64,000 nucleotides of DNA from Desulfobacterales bacterium (lineage in GTDB: Bacteria > Desulfobacterota > Desulfobacteria > Desulfobacterales > UBA5852): contig CAXXVS010000002.1 in NCBI GenBank assembly GCA_963674755.2, positions 2,048,001 through 2,112,000 of the forward strand. The letters are read 5' to 3'. A program made the position numbers and the translations under genes. Position 1 is the stretch's first letter. Every line of letters starts with the position of its first letter. Under the pieces are notes generated by a model. That model saw nothing but the letters and a program-made list of their open reading frames with translations. It was not told the origin of the DNA and did not search any database. Below, piece by piece: positions 47,747 to 59,652 of the stretch.

Positions 47747-48265
47747 TTATAATTTCAAGTGATAGACTTCCGGCAGGTTGCGATAAAACTCGGCATAATC
47801 AAGCCCGTAACCCACGAGAAACCCTTTATCAACCGTATGGCAGGCATAGTCCACGGTCACGTCAGCCTCCCGTCTTTCCCGTTTGTCAATCAAGGCACAG
47901 ATGCGGACCGAAGCCGCCCCGGAAGATTTCAGGTAGTCCACCAGATAGGAAAGGGTCAGTCCCGTATCCACGATATCTTCGACAATCAGCACATCTTTGT
48001 TGTTTATATCGATTTCCACGTCTTTGGACAATTTAATCCGCCCGGAAGATGCTGTTTGGTCCCCATAGCTCGAGGCACACATGAAATCGACTTTCACAGG
48101 GATGGATAACTGGCGGATCAGATCGGACAGGAAAATAAAGGCGCCCTTTAAAATGCCGATGAGGATCAATTCACGGTCCTTATAATCGGCTGAGATGACT
48201 TGGGCGATACGACGAACCTGGATCTCAATCTCTTCTTTCGTGAGTACCGGAATAAATTCAGACAT
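47747..48265 (-). CDS. hpt: Hypoxanthine phosphoribosyltransferase
   Basis: GILKGAFIF, VLIVEDIVDTGLTL, FLVGYGLDY..YRNLP. Confidence 0.95.
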   Translation of the reverse strand: MSEFIPVLTKEEIEIQVRRIAQVISADYKDRELILIGILKGAFIFLSDLIRQLSIPVKVDFMCASSYGDQTASSGRIKLSKDVEIDINNKDVLIVEDIVDTGLTLSYLVDYLKSSGAASVRICALIDKRERREADVTVDYACHTVDKGFLVGYGLDYAEFYRNLPEVYHLKL

Positions 48266-48606
48266 AATAATTTTATCGACACGGCGCTCAAACACGTGCC
48301 AGCATACCCCTCCACCCCGCCATCATTCCGGTCGCGTGCAATGGACTCTGGCAGCGAGACTCCGGTCAATCAATGAATCCACCGATCGGACGCCATGGGT
48401 TCATCTGCGTTGTGCTGATCCACGGTTTACCGGAAGCGCCAACGCTTACAGCTCGCCCAACGTGAAAAATGATGTCGCCATGCCGCAGCCGTTCACAACC
48501 ACGATGCGGCCCAAACCGCCTATCAAACGATTTTTTGCATTAAAACAAACAGTTTACTTCGTTATTCGTATTCGAAAATATTGGAGTTGTCAATGAATTT
48601 GATTGG

Positions 48607-49521
48607 TTACAGGCCTGTGGCGGCCAACTTTTCAAACAATTGCTGCTGCTCGGGGGATAATTGCTGCGGCAGTTTCACCTGCACGACAACGAACAGATCA
48701 CCGCGCCGTTCCTTGCGCATGTATGGCAGGCCGTGGCCGGCAAGTCGCATACGGGTTCCATGCCGCGTTCCCGGAGGGATCTTGACGTTCATGGCCTTGC
48801 CCTCCAGCGTCGGAACGGACAGCGTGGTGCCCAGGACCGCTTCCGTCAATTTGACATCACGGTAGACAAACACGTCATGCCCTTCCGCATTAAATCGACT
48901 GTCCGGCAGCACACGGGATCGTATATACAAATCGCCGGGCGCACCGCCCATCGGGCTGGGTGCCCCTTTGCCGGCCAAACGCAATTTCTTCCCGGCAATC
49001 ATGCCTTTGGGAATTTTGACGGTTAAACGTTCGGATTGCCCTTCATGCTGAAAATCCAGCGTCTTGCTGGTTCCCGTGGCAACTTCCTGGAGTGTCAGGG
49101 CCAGCTCGTATTCGAGGTCGTTGCCCTTGACAGGACGGCGCCCGCCGCCGCCGAAATCGAAAGGCGCCTCCCCCCGTCCGAAAGAAAAGCGCACCCCCCC
49201 CTGCTGTCCGGTCTTAAAGCCGCCGCCAAAACCGAACTCGCGGAAAATGTCGCCGAAATCGAAGTTGCGGAAGATATCCTCCTGGGAATACTGCTGGTGA
49301 AACCCTTCCGATCCGAAACGGTCATACTGGCGGCGTTTCTCCTTGTCGCTGAGAACCGCATAAGCTTCGCTGATCTGTTTAAATTTGTCCTCCGCCTGGT
49401 GATCCCCCTTGGCATGGTCCGGGTGATATTTCATGGCCATGCGGCGGTAGGCCTTCTTGATCTCTTCATCAGATGCGGTTTTCTCAACACCTAAAACCGC
49501 GTAGTAATCCTTCTCAGCCAT
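48607..49521 (-). CDS. Class II DnaJ-family chaperone (CbpA-like, no zinc finger)
   Basis: [14 protein letters not shown]-rich region, C-terminal DnaJ domains. Confidence 0.92.
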   Translation of the reverse strand: MAEKDYYAVLGVEKTASDEEIKKAYRRMAMKYHPDHAKGDHQAEDKFKQISEAYAVLSDKEKRRQYDRFGSEGFHQQYSQEDIFRNFDFGDIFREFGFGGGFKTGQQGGVRFSFGRGEAPFDFGGGGRRPVKGNDLEYELALTLQEVATGTSKTLDFQHEGQSERLTVKIPKGMIAGKKLRLAGKGAPSPMGGAPGDLYIRSRVLPDSRFNAEGHDVFVYRDVKLTEAVLGTTLSVPTLEGKAMNVKIPPGTRHGTRMRLAGHGLPYMRKERRGDLFVVVQVKLPQQLSPEQQQLFEKLAATGL

Positions 49522-49834
49522 TGGCTTCCTTTCCCCTCCGGATGAATTGATGGGGACTGCCGGCAGTCGCGTTGTTCACCGGTCGCTGGGCACCTTTTTT
49601 GCCGCCGCTCACGCGCCGGATGCGGATGCCCCCGGCGGCCGGCCGGTATAATCGAGCGGTCGCAGACTGCCCCCCGATTAAAAAATGGATATCATTTTAT
49701 AACTGCTTAAAATATTACAATATTTGCCCATGTCAATGGCTTTTCGCATCATGGAGGAATAAGCTGCATACAGGCGGCCGGGGTGCTTGGTCCGGCCTAG
49801 GCTCATATGCTTCCGGAGGAGGCCCGGAAAGTGT

Positions 49835-51733
49835 TCACCGGGAGGGTGCCCGGGGTCGCGACGTTTGGGCCGAAGCCCGCAGGGTCACCATCAGGGCCGT
49901 CAGGGCGGCCGGGGTCATCCCTTCGATGCGGGAGGCCTGACCGATGGTCGTCGGGCGAACAGCGGCCAGTTTATCTTTTAGCTCGTTGGACAATCCATGC
50001 ACCTTCTGAAAATCGAAGCTGTCCGGAATGCGAACTTTTTCCATATCCTTAAGCTTTTCAGCTTCCTTTATCTGGCGTTGGATATAGCCCTCGTATTTGA
50101 CTTCGATCTCTACCTGGCGCTTGACCGGTGCGGGCAGGGGCTCCGGCGGTGGGGCCAGCGCGTCGACGGCGTCGTAAGCCAATTCGGCGCGCTTCAGCAA
50201 TTGGTCCAGGGCGACTCCGCTGCCCAAAGGCCGGGTTCCCTTTGCTTCGAGATAGGCATTGACGGCCGGGAGGGGTTTGACCACGGTCCGTTTCAGACGG
50301 CGGATTTCTTCCCGGATGGCCCGGCGTCGCGCGACAACGCCCTTGGCCGTATCCTGGTCGATCAAACCGAGTTCGTGACCGACTTCCATCAGCCGCAGGT
50401 CGGCGTTGTCTTCGCGCAGGATGAGGCGATATTCGGCGCGGGAAGTAAACATGCGATAAGGTTCTCTGGTGCCGCGAGTCACCAGATCATCCACCAGCAC
50501 GGCCATGTAGGCCTGGGAGCGATCCAGCACGAAGGGCGGCCGCCCCTGAAGGCGGCAGGCCGCATTGACACCGGCCCACAGCCCCTGGGCGGCGGCTTCC
50601 TCATAACCGGAGGTGCCGTTGATCTGACCGGCCATGTAAAGTCCGGCGATGCGCTTGGTTTCCAAGGTCGGCTTGAGTTGCAAAGGGTTGATGTAGTCAT
50701 ATTCGATAGCATAGGCCGGGCGCATGATCTCGGCCTCTTCCAGACCTTCCACGGCGTGCACAAAGGCCAGTTGAATCTCAAGGGGCAGGCTGTTTCCCAG
50801 GCCGCTGGCATAGATTTCCTCAGTATCCAACCCCTCGGGTTCCAGAATGATCTGGTGGCGGTCCTTATCCGGAAACCGCACGATCTTATCTTCGAAGGAC
50901 GGGCAGTAGCGGGCCGGAATCCCCTTGATGACACCGCTGTATAAAGCGGAAAGGTTCAGGTTCTGCCGAACGACGTCATGGGCCCGCAAGGAGGTGTAGC
51001 CGATATAACTGGGTTGTTGGGGCAAAGGGATATGATCGGTAAAAAAGGAAAAGGGATGCCGCTCGGCTTGCAATTCCTGGCATTCAAACCGTGAGAAATC
51101 GATCGTGGCCCGGTGCAGACGCGGTGGCGTGCCGGTTTTCATGCGGCCCATGGTAAAGCCGAGTTCCCGCAGGTTGGCGGGCAGGGCATAACTGGCAAAT
51201 TCCCCGGCGCGACCGGCCTTGATGGAACGATCGCCGATGTGGACCAAACCGCTGAAAAACGTTCCGGTGGCCAGGATGACCGCCCGACAGCCATGGCTGA
51301 AGCCGGTATGATCGACCACCCCCACGACGCGGCCGTCCTCCACCACCAGCTCTTCGATCAGGGCCTGTTTGAGGTCCAGTCCGGGGGTGTTCTCCAGCAC
51401 CTGTTTCATGGCCGTGTGGTAGCGTAACTTGTCGTTTTGGGTGCGGGTGGAGTGGACCGCCGGTCCCTTTTTGGTGTTCAGGGTGCGGTATTGGATGGCC
51501 GTCTGGTCGGTGATGCGGGCCATCTGACCGCCCAGGGCATCGATCTCCTTGACCAGCTGCCCCTTGGCCATGCCGCCGATGGAGGGACTGCAAGGCATGG
51601 CCGCCACCTTGTCCAGATCGATGACCGCCAAGAGCACCCGGCATCCCATGCGCACCGCCGCCAGGGCCGCTTCGCAACCGGCATGCCCGGCCCCGATGAC
51701 GACGATATCATACGTTCGCAGGAAGGATTTCAT
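49835..51733 (-). CDS. mnmG: tRNA uridine-5-carboxymethylaminomethyl(34) synthesis enzyme
   Basis: [55 protein letters not shown]. Confidence 0.97.
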   Translation of the reverse strand: MKSFLRTYDIVVIGAGHAGCEAALAAVRMGCRVLLAVIDLDKVAAMPCSPSIGGMAKGQLVKEIDALGGQMARITDQTAIQYRTLNTKKGPAVHSTRTQNDKLRYHTAMKQVLENTPGLDLKQALIEELVVEDGRVVGVVDHTGFSHGCRAVILATGTFFSGLVHIGDRSIKAGRAGEFASYALPANLRELGFTMGRMKTGTPPRLHRATIDFSRFECQELQAERHPFSFFTDHIPLPQQPSYIGYTSLRAHDVVRQNLNLSALYSGVIKGIPARYCPSFEDKIVRFPDKDRHQIILEPEGLDTEEIYASGLGNSLPLEIQLAFVHAVEGLEEAEIMRPAYAIEYDYINPLQLKPTLETKRIAGLYMAGQINGTSGYEEAAAQGLWAGVNAACRLQGRPPFVLDRSQAYMAVLVDDLVTRGTREPYRMFTSRAEYRLILREDNADLRLMEVGHELGLIDQDTAKGVVARRRAIREEIRRLKRTVVKPLPAVNAYLEAKGTRPLGSGVALDQLLKRAELAYDAVDALAPPPEPLPAPVKRQVEIEVKYEGYIQRQIKEAEKLKDMEKVRIPDSFDFQKVHGLSNELKDKLAAVRPTTIGQASRIEGMTPAALTALMVTLRASAQTSRPRAPSR

Positions 51734-51891
51734 AGCATTTCAGCGTTCCGCCAAGGATTTTCTTTTGATATAATGCGCTTCACAGGTTATGGCACGACAT
51801 CGTGCCGCCGCGTGAACACCGTCCGGGGTGTGATACGTGGCAGTGATATAGTATCGCCAAGCCGACCGGGTCAAGAACGGGCCGCTAATCC

Positions 51892-52812
51892 ATGGAAACC
51901 CCTTATCGTGATCTCAACCGCTATTTTCGGAAACGCTTCGGCCAGCGGGTCCACAAGCTTACGGTGGATGCGGGCCTGACCTGCCCCAACCGGGATGGAA
52001 CCCTTTCCACACGCGGCTGTATCTATTGCAATGCACAGGGCTCCGGAACGGGTGCCTTTAGCAAAGGGCTTTCCATCCGCGAGCAGCTGGAGCAGAGTAA
52101 AAGCGCTGTGGCCCGACGGTTCAAGGCGCACAAATTTATCGCCTATTTTCAATCTTTCAGCAACACCCACGGCCCGGTCGCAAAACTGGCGCGCCTCTAT
52201 GAGGAGGCCCTCGCCGTCGAGGATGTGGTGGGACTGTCCATTGGCACCCGCCCGGATTGTGTCGGCGATGACGTCCTGGACCTGCTGGCGGGCTATCGCC
52301 GGCAGTATCTAATCTGGCTGGAATACGGCCTGCAGTCTGCCTGCGACCGGACCCTGCGTCAGATCAACCGCGGCCACGACGCGGCCTGTTTCAGCGACGC
52401 CCTGCGTCGCACCCGCCAAAGGGGGCTGCCGGTCTGCGCCCACGTCATCCTGGGACTGCCCGGTGAAAGCCGCCAGGATATGCTGGCCACCGCCCGGTTT
52501 CTGGCCGAACGACGCATTGAGGGGGTCAAACTCCATCTGCTGTATGTTATCCGGGGCACGCCTTTGGAAAAGCGCTATCGGCAAGGCCGGGTCCAGTGCC
52601 TCCAACCGGAGGAATATGCCGGCCTGGTGTGTGATTTCATCGAACGTCTCCCGCCGGAAACCGTCATCCAGCGCGTTACCGGCGACCCCCACCCCGATGA
52701 GCTGGTGGCGCCCAGCTGGGCGCTGCGCAAACGTGAGACCCTGGAGCGCATCCAGCGTCTCTTCCGACAGCGCGGCAGCCGTCAGGGGGATCGTTTCCGT
52801 TCTGCTTCCTGA
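51892..52812 (+). CDS. TIGR01212/YhcC-family radical SAM protein
   Basis: TCPNRDG....GCIYC, YFQ, IGTRPDC, EYGLQS, GVKLH. Confidence 0.9.
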   Translation: METPYRDLNRYFRKRFGQRVHKLTVDAGLTCPNRDGTLSTRGCIYCNAQGSGTGAFSKGLSIREQLEQSKSAVARRFKAHKFIAYFQSFSNTHGPVAKLARLYEEALAVEDVVGLSIGTRPDCVGDDVLDLLAGYRRQYLIWLEYGLQSACDRTLRQINRGHDAACFSDALRRTRQRGLPVCAHVILGLPGESRQDMLATARFLAERRIEGVKLHLLYVIRGTPLEKRYRQGRVQCLQPEEYAGLVCDFIERLPPETVIQRVTGDPHPDELVAPSWALRKRETLERIQRLFRQRGSRQGDRFRSAS

Positions 52813-52992
52813 CGCTTGGCGCGGGCTGCCTTAGTTCCCCCGCCAAACGATAGCCTGATCCCAACACCCCAGGGGGGTCTCTTGTGGGATCCCTTCGAAT
52901 CGGGTATACAAGCCCCCGCAAGCATGTCGGTCTGGAGCGGGCAGACCTTCGCCCCTTGCCGCTTTTGTTTGACGATCACCGGAACCAAAACC

Positions 52993-55900
52993 ATGACGCA
53001 TTCGCCCTTTCGTGCCCACCACCAACGGGATGTCTTTGACCTGTCGTTTAAAGTCTTCCACGAGCTGATGGCGCGCAAGGTCAACCATATCCTGCTGGTG
53101 TCCAGCCCCTATGAGGCCTTTATCATGGAGGAGGAGGGACGCCTGGCCCAGCGCATCATCCAGGAATACCGCGGCCTCAACCTGTCGCGGCCGCCCCACC
53201 TGACCTGGGTTTCCACCGCCCGGCAGGCTCTGGAGGAATTGTCCCGCAAATCCTTTGACATGGTCATCACCATGCCGCGCATCGGTGATCTCCCGGCTCA
53301 CGAACTCGGGCGCCGGATCAAAAAAGACCACCGCCGGATCCCCGTCTTCCTGCTGACCCCCGACCCCAACTGGATGCGTCTCGACCCCCAGTGCTTCAAC
53401 GAGGACTGCATCAACCGCGTTTTCATCTGGAGCGGCAATGCCGATCTTCTCCTGGCCATTATCAAAAGCGTTGAAGACGCCATGAACGTGGCCTACGATA
53501 CGGAACGGGCCCGGGTGCGCGTCATCATCCTGGTGGAGGATTCGCCGCTCTATTTTTCGGCCTTGCTGCCCCTGCTGTATAAGGAAATCGTCTCCCAAAC
53601 CCAGGCGGTCATGGAAGAATCCCTCAACGAAGAGCATCGCTTTTTTCGGATGCGGGCCCGCCCCAAGATTCTCATGGCCAGCACCTACGAAGAGGCACTC
53701 AAGCTTTACCGCACCTTCCAGCCCTATCTGCTGGGGGTTCTTTCGGATGTACGGTTTCCGCGTCAAGGCCGGCTCGATCCGGATGCCGGCTACGCCCTGC
53801 TGCGGTTGATCAAAGACGAAACACCCGATGTGCCCCTCTTGAATTTCAGCTCCGAGGAGTCCAACCGTGAAAGGGCTTCCCACATTCCGGCCGTTTTTCT
53901 GAATAAGAACTCGCCGATTCTGCACGAGGGGATCCGGCGTTTTTTTCAGGAGCACCTGGGGTTCGGTGATTTCGTATTCCGCCTGCCGGACGGCTGCGAG
54001 GTCGGACGGGCCGCCAATCTTCGGCAGCTGGAAGCCATTCTGCCCGACATTCCCCAGGAATCGATTCTCTACCATGCCCGCCGCAATCATTTTTCCGGCT
54101 GGCTCATGGCGCGCTCGGAAATTCTGCTGGCCTACCGTCTGCGCCCGGTCAAAGTATCGGATTTCGCCACCACCGAAGAATTAAAGGAATATTTGGTGGA
54201 TTGCCTGAAGGAGCGTCGCCGGGGGCGGCAGCGTGGTGTCGTCACAGATTTCGATCCCGACAATTACGATCCTGAAGCCGATTTCGTCAAAGTCGGGCGG
54301 GGGTCCCTGGGGGGCAAGGCGCGCGGGCTGGCCTTCATGGCCAGTCAAATTCGCGCCCTGGGACATCTGGACGAACGCTACCCCGAGGTGACCATCGAGG
54401 TGCCCAAAACGATCGTGATCTCCACGGAAGCGTTCGACACCTTCATCCATCAGAACCAGTTGCGGGACATGGCCTCAAGCGATCAGGAGGATGCCCGGAT
54501 CATCGATGTCTTTCTGAAAAGCCACCTGCCCGACAGCCTCGAAAACGCCATCAGCCTCTTTATCGAACAGGCCCAGCACCCCCTGGCCGTACGCTCATCC
54601 AGCCTGCTGGAGGATGCCCAGCACCAACCCTTCAGTGGTCTTTACCAGACCCTCATCCTGCCGAACTGCCATCCTGACATCGAAGTACGCCGCCGTCAGA
54701 TGGTGCGCGCCGTAAAGCTGGTTTACGCATCAACTTACCTCAAACGCGCCCGCACCTACGCCCGCAGCACCGGGCATCGCCTGGAACAGGAGCAGATGGC
54801 GGTGCTGGTCCAAAAGCTGACCGGTGCCGAGCATAACGGCCTGTTCTACCCGGCCATTACCGGGCAGGCCAGTTCCTTCAATTTTTATCCGGTGGCACGC
54901 ATGAAGGCCGAGGAAGGCATCGCCCTGATCTGTCTCGGCTTCTCTTCCTCGGAGGAGATCAAACGCCGGGCCCTGCGATTTTGTCCGTCCCACCCGGAGC
55001 TGTTGCCCCAGTTCTCCACCGTCGAGGATATCCTTAAAAACGCCCAGCGGTCTTTTTTTGCCATCGACATGCCGACCGCCCGTCGTCTGGTGGATGCGGA
55101 TACACGCGCCGTTCTCGTGCGCCGTGATATTGACGACTGCCGCAACGACGCGCCCATCGAAGCCATGTGCAGCACCTATATCCCCGCCGAAAACCGTATA
55201 CGGGATTCCCTGACGCCCCGGGGATATCCGGTACTCACCTTTGCCCCGCTTCTCAAACACCGCCGCTTTCCCTTGGCGGACATTCTGGCCGACCTCCTGG
55301 CCGCCTGCCAGGAGGGCATGGGCGGGCCGGTTGAAATCGAATTCAGTGTCAATCTGACCGGCGCGGCCGATACACCGAATGAATTTCACCTGCTGCAAGT
55401 TCGCCCCATGCCCCAATTCGATTTGCAGGCCCGCCCGATGCTATCCGATTCCCAGAAGGCCCACGCCGTCTGCTATTCACGTCTGGCCTTAGGCAACGGC
55501 CACTATGACGACATGGCGGACATCGTTCTGGTGGATCCGGAAACCTTCGATCCCGCCCGCACGATCGATATTGCCGCTGAGATCGGCCGTCTCAATGCCG
55601 AATTGCAGCAGGCCCAAAAACGCTATCTCCTGATCGGTCCGGGGCGCTGGGGATCAGCCGACCGCTGGCTGGGCATACCGGTCGCCTGGCAGGATATATC
55701 GGGGGTCGGCGCCATCATCGAAACGTCACACCCGGCATTGCAGGCCGATTCCTCCCAGGGATCCCACTTTTTTCAGAATCTGACGTCCTCCGGCATCTGC
55801 TATCTGACCCTCCAGAACAGTTCCGACGGGTTCTTGCGCTGGGACTGGCTGGCGCGGCAGACCCCCCGGGCGCATACCGCCTATTTGAAGCACATCCGAC

Positions 55901-56004
55901 TCGCCTATCCAGTGCAGCTCTATGTGGATGGCAAATCTTCGGAGGGCTTCGTTTTGGATCCCCAGGAAAGCCGGCCGGAGGCTGAAGGCTCGGCCGCCCC
56001 ATAG
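52993..56004 (+). CDS. PEP/pyruvate-binding (PPDK N-terminal ATP-grasp) protein with N-terminal receiver-like domains
   Basis: ILLVSSPY, IILVEDS; GSLGGKARGL, AVRSSSLLED, LLQVRP; IGPGRWGS, SQGSHFFQN. Confidence 0.85.
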   Translation: MTHSPFRAHHQRDVFDLSFKVFHELMARKVNHILLVSSPYEAFIMEEEGRLAQRIIQEYRGLNLSRPPHLTWVSTARQALEELSRKSFDMVITMPRIGDLPAHELGRRIKKDHRRIPVFLLTPDPNWMRLDPQCFNEDCINRVFIWSGNADLLLAIIKSVEDAMNVAYDTERARVRVIILVEDSPLYFSALLPLLYKEIVSQTQAVMEESLNEEHRFFRMRARPKILMASTYEEALKLYRTFQPYLLGVLSDVRFPRQGRLDPDAGYALLRLIKDETPDVPLLNFSSEESNRERASHIPAVFLNKNSPILHEGIRRFFQEHLGFGDFVFRLPDGCEVGRAANLRQLEAILPDIPQESILYHARRNHFSGWLMARSEILLAYRLRPVKVSDFATTEELKEYLVDCLKERRRGRQRGVVTDFDPDNYDPEADFVKVGRGSLGGKARGLAFMASQIRALGHLDERYPEVTIEVPKTIVISTEAFDTFIHQNQLRDMASSDQEDARIIDVFLKSHLPDSLENAISLFIEQAQHPLAVRSSSLLEDAQHQPFSGLYQTLILPNCHPDIEVRRRQMVRAVKLVYASTYLKRARTYARSTGHRLEQEQMAVLVQKLTGAEHNGLFYPAITGQASSFNFYPVARMKAEEGIALICLGFSSSEEIKRRALRFCPSHPELLPQFSTVEDILKNAQRSFFAIDMPTARRLVDADTRAVLVRRDIDDCRNDAPIEAMCSTYIPAENRIRDSLTPRGYPVLTFAPLLKHRRFPLADILADLLAACQEGMGGPVEIEFSVNLTGAADTPNEFHLLQVRPMPQFDLQARPMLSDSQKAHAVCYSRLALGNGHYDDMADIVLVDPETFDPARTIDIAAEIGRLNAELQQAQKRYLLIGPGRWGSADRWLGIPVAWQDISGVGAIIETSHPALQADSSQGSHFFQNLTSSGICYLTLQNSSDGFLRWDWLARQTPRAHTAYLKHIRLAYPVQLYVDGKSSEGFVLDPQESRPEAEGSAAP

Positions 56005-56041
56005 GCCGCCCACTTCCCTGCCGGAAAGGAATCGCGCCCTC

Positions 56042-56950
56042 ATGGCCGTCGTTTCACGCCCTCGTCTTCCCTCCCTTGCCAAGCTGCTGATCAGCGTCAT
56101 GGCGCTGGGCCTGATCTTTGGTCTGTATCGCCTGATCCTCCATCAAAACGTCGCCCGGCATGTGCAACTTCTGGCCCGATCCATACCCAACTGCACCGGA
56201 ATACGCTACGGCAGGCTCAAGATCCCTTTCTTTTCATTTCAGGCTCACCTCCACAGGGTTCGACTCGATTTTGCGAACGGCATCGCGCCCATCACCATCG
56301 ATGCGATTCATATCCGCCGTTTCCGCCCCGGCGACCGGCTGCCCCGGATACTGGACGTTGCTGTGGAGGGGGTCGTCGCCCCCTCCGGGCATCCCCTGGT
56401 GCCCTTTGGACACAGGCTGCGGGAGTTGGGCTATCCCGTGGTGCGCGGCGATCTGCATATCCAATGGACGCGCCGCGGAACGACCCTGGACGCCTGGGAT
56501 CTGGATCTGGCGTTCAAGATGGCCGAAGCCGGCGACATGGCCCTGGCCTTGAACCTTGCCAAAGTGAATCTAGAGGGGGTCTTTCTGGCCCTGCAAAAAC
56601 CGGTCAACTGGCTGATGGTCTTGCCCTCTATGGAATTGATGGCGTTCCGCGGCAGTTATCGGGATAGGGGGGTGTTCGAACGGGCTGTCAGGGTGGCCGC
56701 CCGTGACCGGGGCCAAACGCCCCAAGCCTTGCGTGCGGCATTGCAGCATCAATTGCAGATAGAGGAGCAAAACGAAAAAGATCCCCACCTGCGGTCGGTC
56801 TGGCAGGCGCTGGACGCCTTTGTCCGCCATCCCGGCCGTATCCGTCTGCGCACGAACCTGGCAGGCCCCATCCCCCTGGGGCAGTTGTGGTGGCTGCGCC
56901 GGCCGCGGGACGTTATCCAGCGGCTGGGTCTTGAATGTCGCGTGGGATAA
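56042..56950 (+). CDS. Hypothetical membrane-anchored protein
   Basis: AAGGA RBS; N-terminal TM; fills the intergenic space. Confidence 0.6.
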   Translation: MAVVSRPRLPSLAKLLISVMALGLIFGLYRLILHQNVARHVQLLARSIPNCTGIRYGRLKIPFFSFQAHLHRVRLDFANGIAPITIDAIHIRRFRPGDRLPRILDVAVEGVVAPSGHPLVPFGHRLRELGYPVVRGDLHIQWTRRGTTLDAWDLDLAFKMAEAGDMALALNLAKVNLEGVFLALQKPVNWLMVLPSMELMAFRGSYRDRGVFERAVRVAARDRGQTPQALRAALQHQLQIEEQNEKDPHLRSVWQALDAFVRHPGRIRLRTNLAGPIPLGQLWWLRRPRDVIQRLGLECRVG

Positions 56951-57007
56951 TGGCGGCCGCGGCCGCTCTGCACCGCGGCGCCTAGTCTGCTTGCCCGGGG
57001 CGGGGGC

Positions 57008-59002
57008 TCAATTCCAGTCCACCCCCGCGTGCTTCAGATAGTCCCGGGCGTCTTTATTTCCCAGAAAACCGGCTTCCATGAAATCTTTCATGGCCAACGC
57101 TTCTTCGCCGGCCAGGAGGTAAACCCGCCCCCGCCCGTAAAAATAGGCGCCGTTGGTGGGATCCCGATCAATGGCCTGGGAAATCGCCTTGACGGCCGCC
57201 TCAAACCGCCCCATTTCGCCATAGGCCACCCCGAGCTGGAAGTAAGCCTCGGCCCTCTCCGGCGCCAGATCGATGGCTTTTTGATAGCAGCGTGCCGCTG
57301 CCTTGTAATTGCCGTAAGCGGCCAACAGACCGCCGCGGTCCATCCAATAGGCTGGCGTGTTTTTGATGTCCGGCGAGGGTTTCTCAGTATGAGGCGGTTC
57401 GGATACCGTTCGAGGGTTCATCTCTCCGGCCATTGTTTTGGCCTGGGTCTCTGTCATGCGGCTTGAAAGGGCGGCCATAAGACCGATCATCTGCTGAAGG
57501 TCCTGCACCCCAACCTGGGTGCGGGTGGTCAGGGTACCGCTCTGCATCTCGGCCTGCATGGTCAAGGTTCCGATGTCCGCCGGAATGGCGACAGTCTGCC
57601 CCGCATCCGGCATGAAACTCTGCAGGCCGCGCAGGTAGGCCCCCAAATCCATGGAGAATTCGCCCAGGGGCCCCTGGGCGGGACCCTTTTGCAAACCGGT
57701 GACTTGAGAAATCATCTTGGTTATCGTCGCATCGCTGGAGGCCATCAGAATCAGGCCGTCCACCGTGGTCATGCGCGTCTGGTAGTCCTGCAGAGCGCCC
57801 ATGGCCGGCATCTGAGCGCCGGCAGGATTCATGGCGGGAAAACGCGTCCGGACCCCGATGACCTTGTGGCCGGCAATGGTGGTGTCCGGCATCCGTTCGT
57901 ACAGGGGCGTTACCGTTTGACCGGTCTGTTTCTCCATCATGGCGGCCATGCGTTGATTGTATTTTTCGAACCAGGGCAGGTAAACCCGGTCCAGATAGTC
58001 GTTCGCGTCCACCGTATCATGCAGGGCGTAAATCATCTCGAAGCGCATCTGGCCCTGATCCATGTCCAGGCCGCCGACCATCTCGCCGGTCAACCCCTTG
58101 GCAATCTGGGCCAACTCGTCGAAATCAAATCCCATTTTTCGATAAAATTGTCCGAAGGTGGCCCCCAGCATCTGCATGGCCCCGGCCACATTGTAGGATC
58201 GCGCACGAAAATGCATGGGATAATCCGGACGATAGCCGTCCAGACGCTCATCCGCCTGCTGGTCGGTCAATACCCCTGCCAGATAAGACTCCGGCATGGC
58301 CTGCACGTCCAACAGCAACAGCAGGTTCCGTGGGTCGAGATTCAGGCCGAAACGCAGGGTTTGCACCTGTTTGAACGTCGCGACGAGATCGCGCACCAAC
58401 CGTTGGGTTTCTTCCTGTGTCAGGGGAGCTTCCCCACTGCCAGGGGTACCGGCAGCCATGTTCTGGAGGGCCGCCTCGATTTGCGCTTCGGATTGCAGCA
58501 AAACATCGTGTGCTGCCAACTCGACAACGATATTGGCCTCTGATCCGCGTTGGGATACCGCGCGCAAATGCTCACCCAATGCATCCGGCAGAGGCGCATC
58601 CGGCGCCGGCGGAAAGCGCAGCAGGTAGTAATCCTCTCCAGCTATGGCGCCATAGGTTTCCTGGAAGGCGTCATTCGGTTTCTGGAAAGGCAAAAAGACC
58701 AGCCAGGATGACATCTGGCCGTCATAGACCATGCCTGCCACCACCGGGCGCGCGGGATCGATCCAATCCGTGCCCTGCAACAGGCCCTTGATCATCGCGG
58801 TCTGGGAAGATGGATTGGCCTCCGTATTGGCCGGCATCAAAGATTCCAGATCTTGCAGCAGACGGTCAATATCGCGGATCTTGATCGTCACGACCGGCGC
58901 GGCGGCGGCAATCGTCTGCCCCTGAACCGGCAGCGCCGCCGCCACAATAAACACCATCATCCATATACCGAGCGCCAATGCCATGCATCGTCTGGTCCAC
59001 AT
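57008..59002 (-). CDS. Secreted protein with C-terminal TPR repeats
   Basis: Signal peptide; three TPRs (AARCYQKAIDLAP, AYFQLGVAY, YFYGRGRVY). Confidence 0.8.
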   Translation of the reverse strand: MWTRRCMALALGIWMMVFIVAAALPVQGQTIAAAAPVVTIKIRDIDRLLQDLESLMPANTEANPSSQTAMIKGLLQGTDWIDPARPVVAGMVYDGQMSSWLVFLPFQKPNDAFQETYGAIAGEDYYLLRFPPAPDAPLPDALGEHLRAVSQRGSEANIVVELAAHDVLLQSEAQIEAALQNMAAGTPGSGEAPLTQEETQRLVRDLVATFKQVQTLRFGLNLDPRNLLLLLDVQAMPESYLAGVLTDQQADERLDGYRPDYPMHFRARSYNVAGAMQMLGATFGQFYRKMGFDFDELAQIAKGLTGEMVGGLDMDQGQMRFEMIYALHDTVDANDYLDRVYLPWFEKYNQRMAAMMEKQTGQTVTPLYERMPDTTIAGHKVIGVRTRFPAMNPAGAQMPAMGALQDYQTRMTTVDGLILMASSDATITKMISQVTGLQKGPAQGPLGEFSMDLGAYLRGLQSFMPDAGQTVAIPADIGTLTMQAEMQSGTLTTRTQVGVQDLQQMIGLMAALSSRMTETQAKTMAGEMNPRTVSEPPHTEKPSPDIKNTPAYWMDRGGLLAAYGNYKAAARCYQKAIDLAPERAEAYFQLGVAYGEMGRFEAAVKAISQAIDRDPTNGAYFYGRGRVYLLAGEEALAMKDFMEAGFLGNKDARDYLKHAGVDWN

Positions 59003-59295
59003 AAGGATCGATCTCCCATGAGCTGAAATTGAAATAAAGTCCGCGCCTTCGCCTTGGCATTGATCCATCGCTGCCGTTGGCGAACATCCTTATAGATGAA
59101 CGTGATTATATCATCATCCCCACGGCATAGGCAAACCGCGTGGGTCCCGCCCGGGAAAGACCCGGCACCGCTCGTCGCAGGTACAGGACTTGATCATTTC
59201 AGGGGAATTCATTATCTATAGGCGCATTGTGACGATCGCGTTTGGGACTTTGGGGAAAAGCTGTTCGTTAGAACATTATGAAAGGGGGACCGCCC

Positions 59296-59628
59296 ATGGC
59301 GGTTGAAAACGATCTCGTTCTCATTCATCACGAAGACCAGCCCGTGATATTTGCACGCATCGAGGAAATTTTGCCGGATGCCAAGCCGGACTGGTATCAT
59401 GTCAAACTGCTGCTGCTGCAAGTTCCGCCCCAGGTGGTCACCTGGATTCTGCGGGATATTTATATCGACGGCCAGGAGTTCACCATGAACGGCCAGCGCA
59501 TGCGCCTGGAGAAGGTGATCTCTCCGGTGGAAAGCGTCAAGACGCCGGAAACTGACGCGCCACCGTCTTCGCCGCCACCGTCGGGGAGCGGCCGGGTCAT
59601 CTCCCTCTCAGATTTGAAAAAGAAATAG
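59296..59628 (+). CDS. Hypothetical protein
   Basis: GGGGGA RBS; first gene of an apparent operon with DUF1848 and dusB. Confidence 0.7.
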   Translation: MAVENDLVLIHHEDQPVIFARIEEILPDAKPDWYHVKLLLLQVPPQVVTWILRDIYIDGQEFTMNGQRMRLEKVISPVESVKTPETDAPPSSPPPSGSGRVISLSDLKKK

Positions 59629-59652
59629 AATGCCGCGGGATCATCCGGCGTC

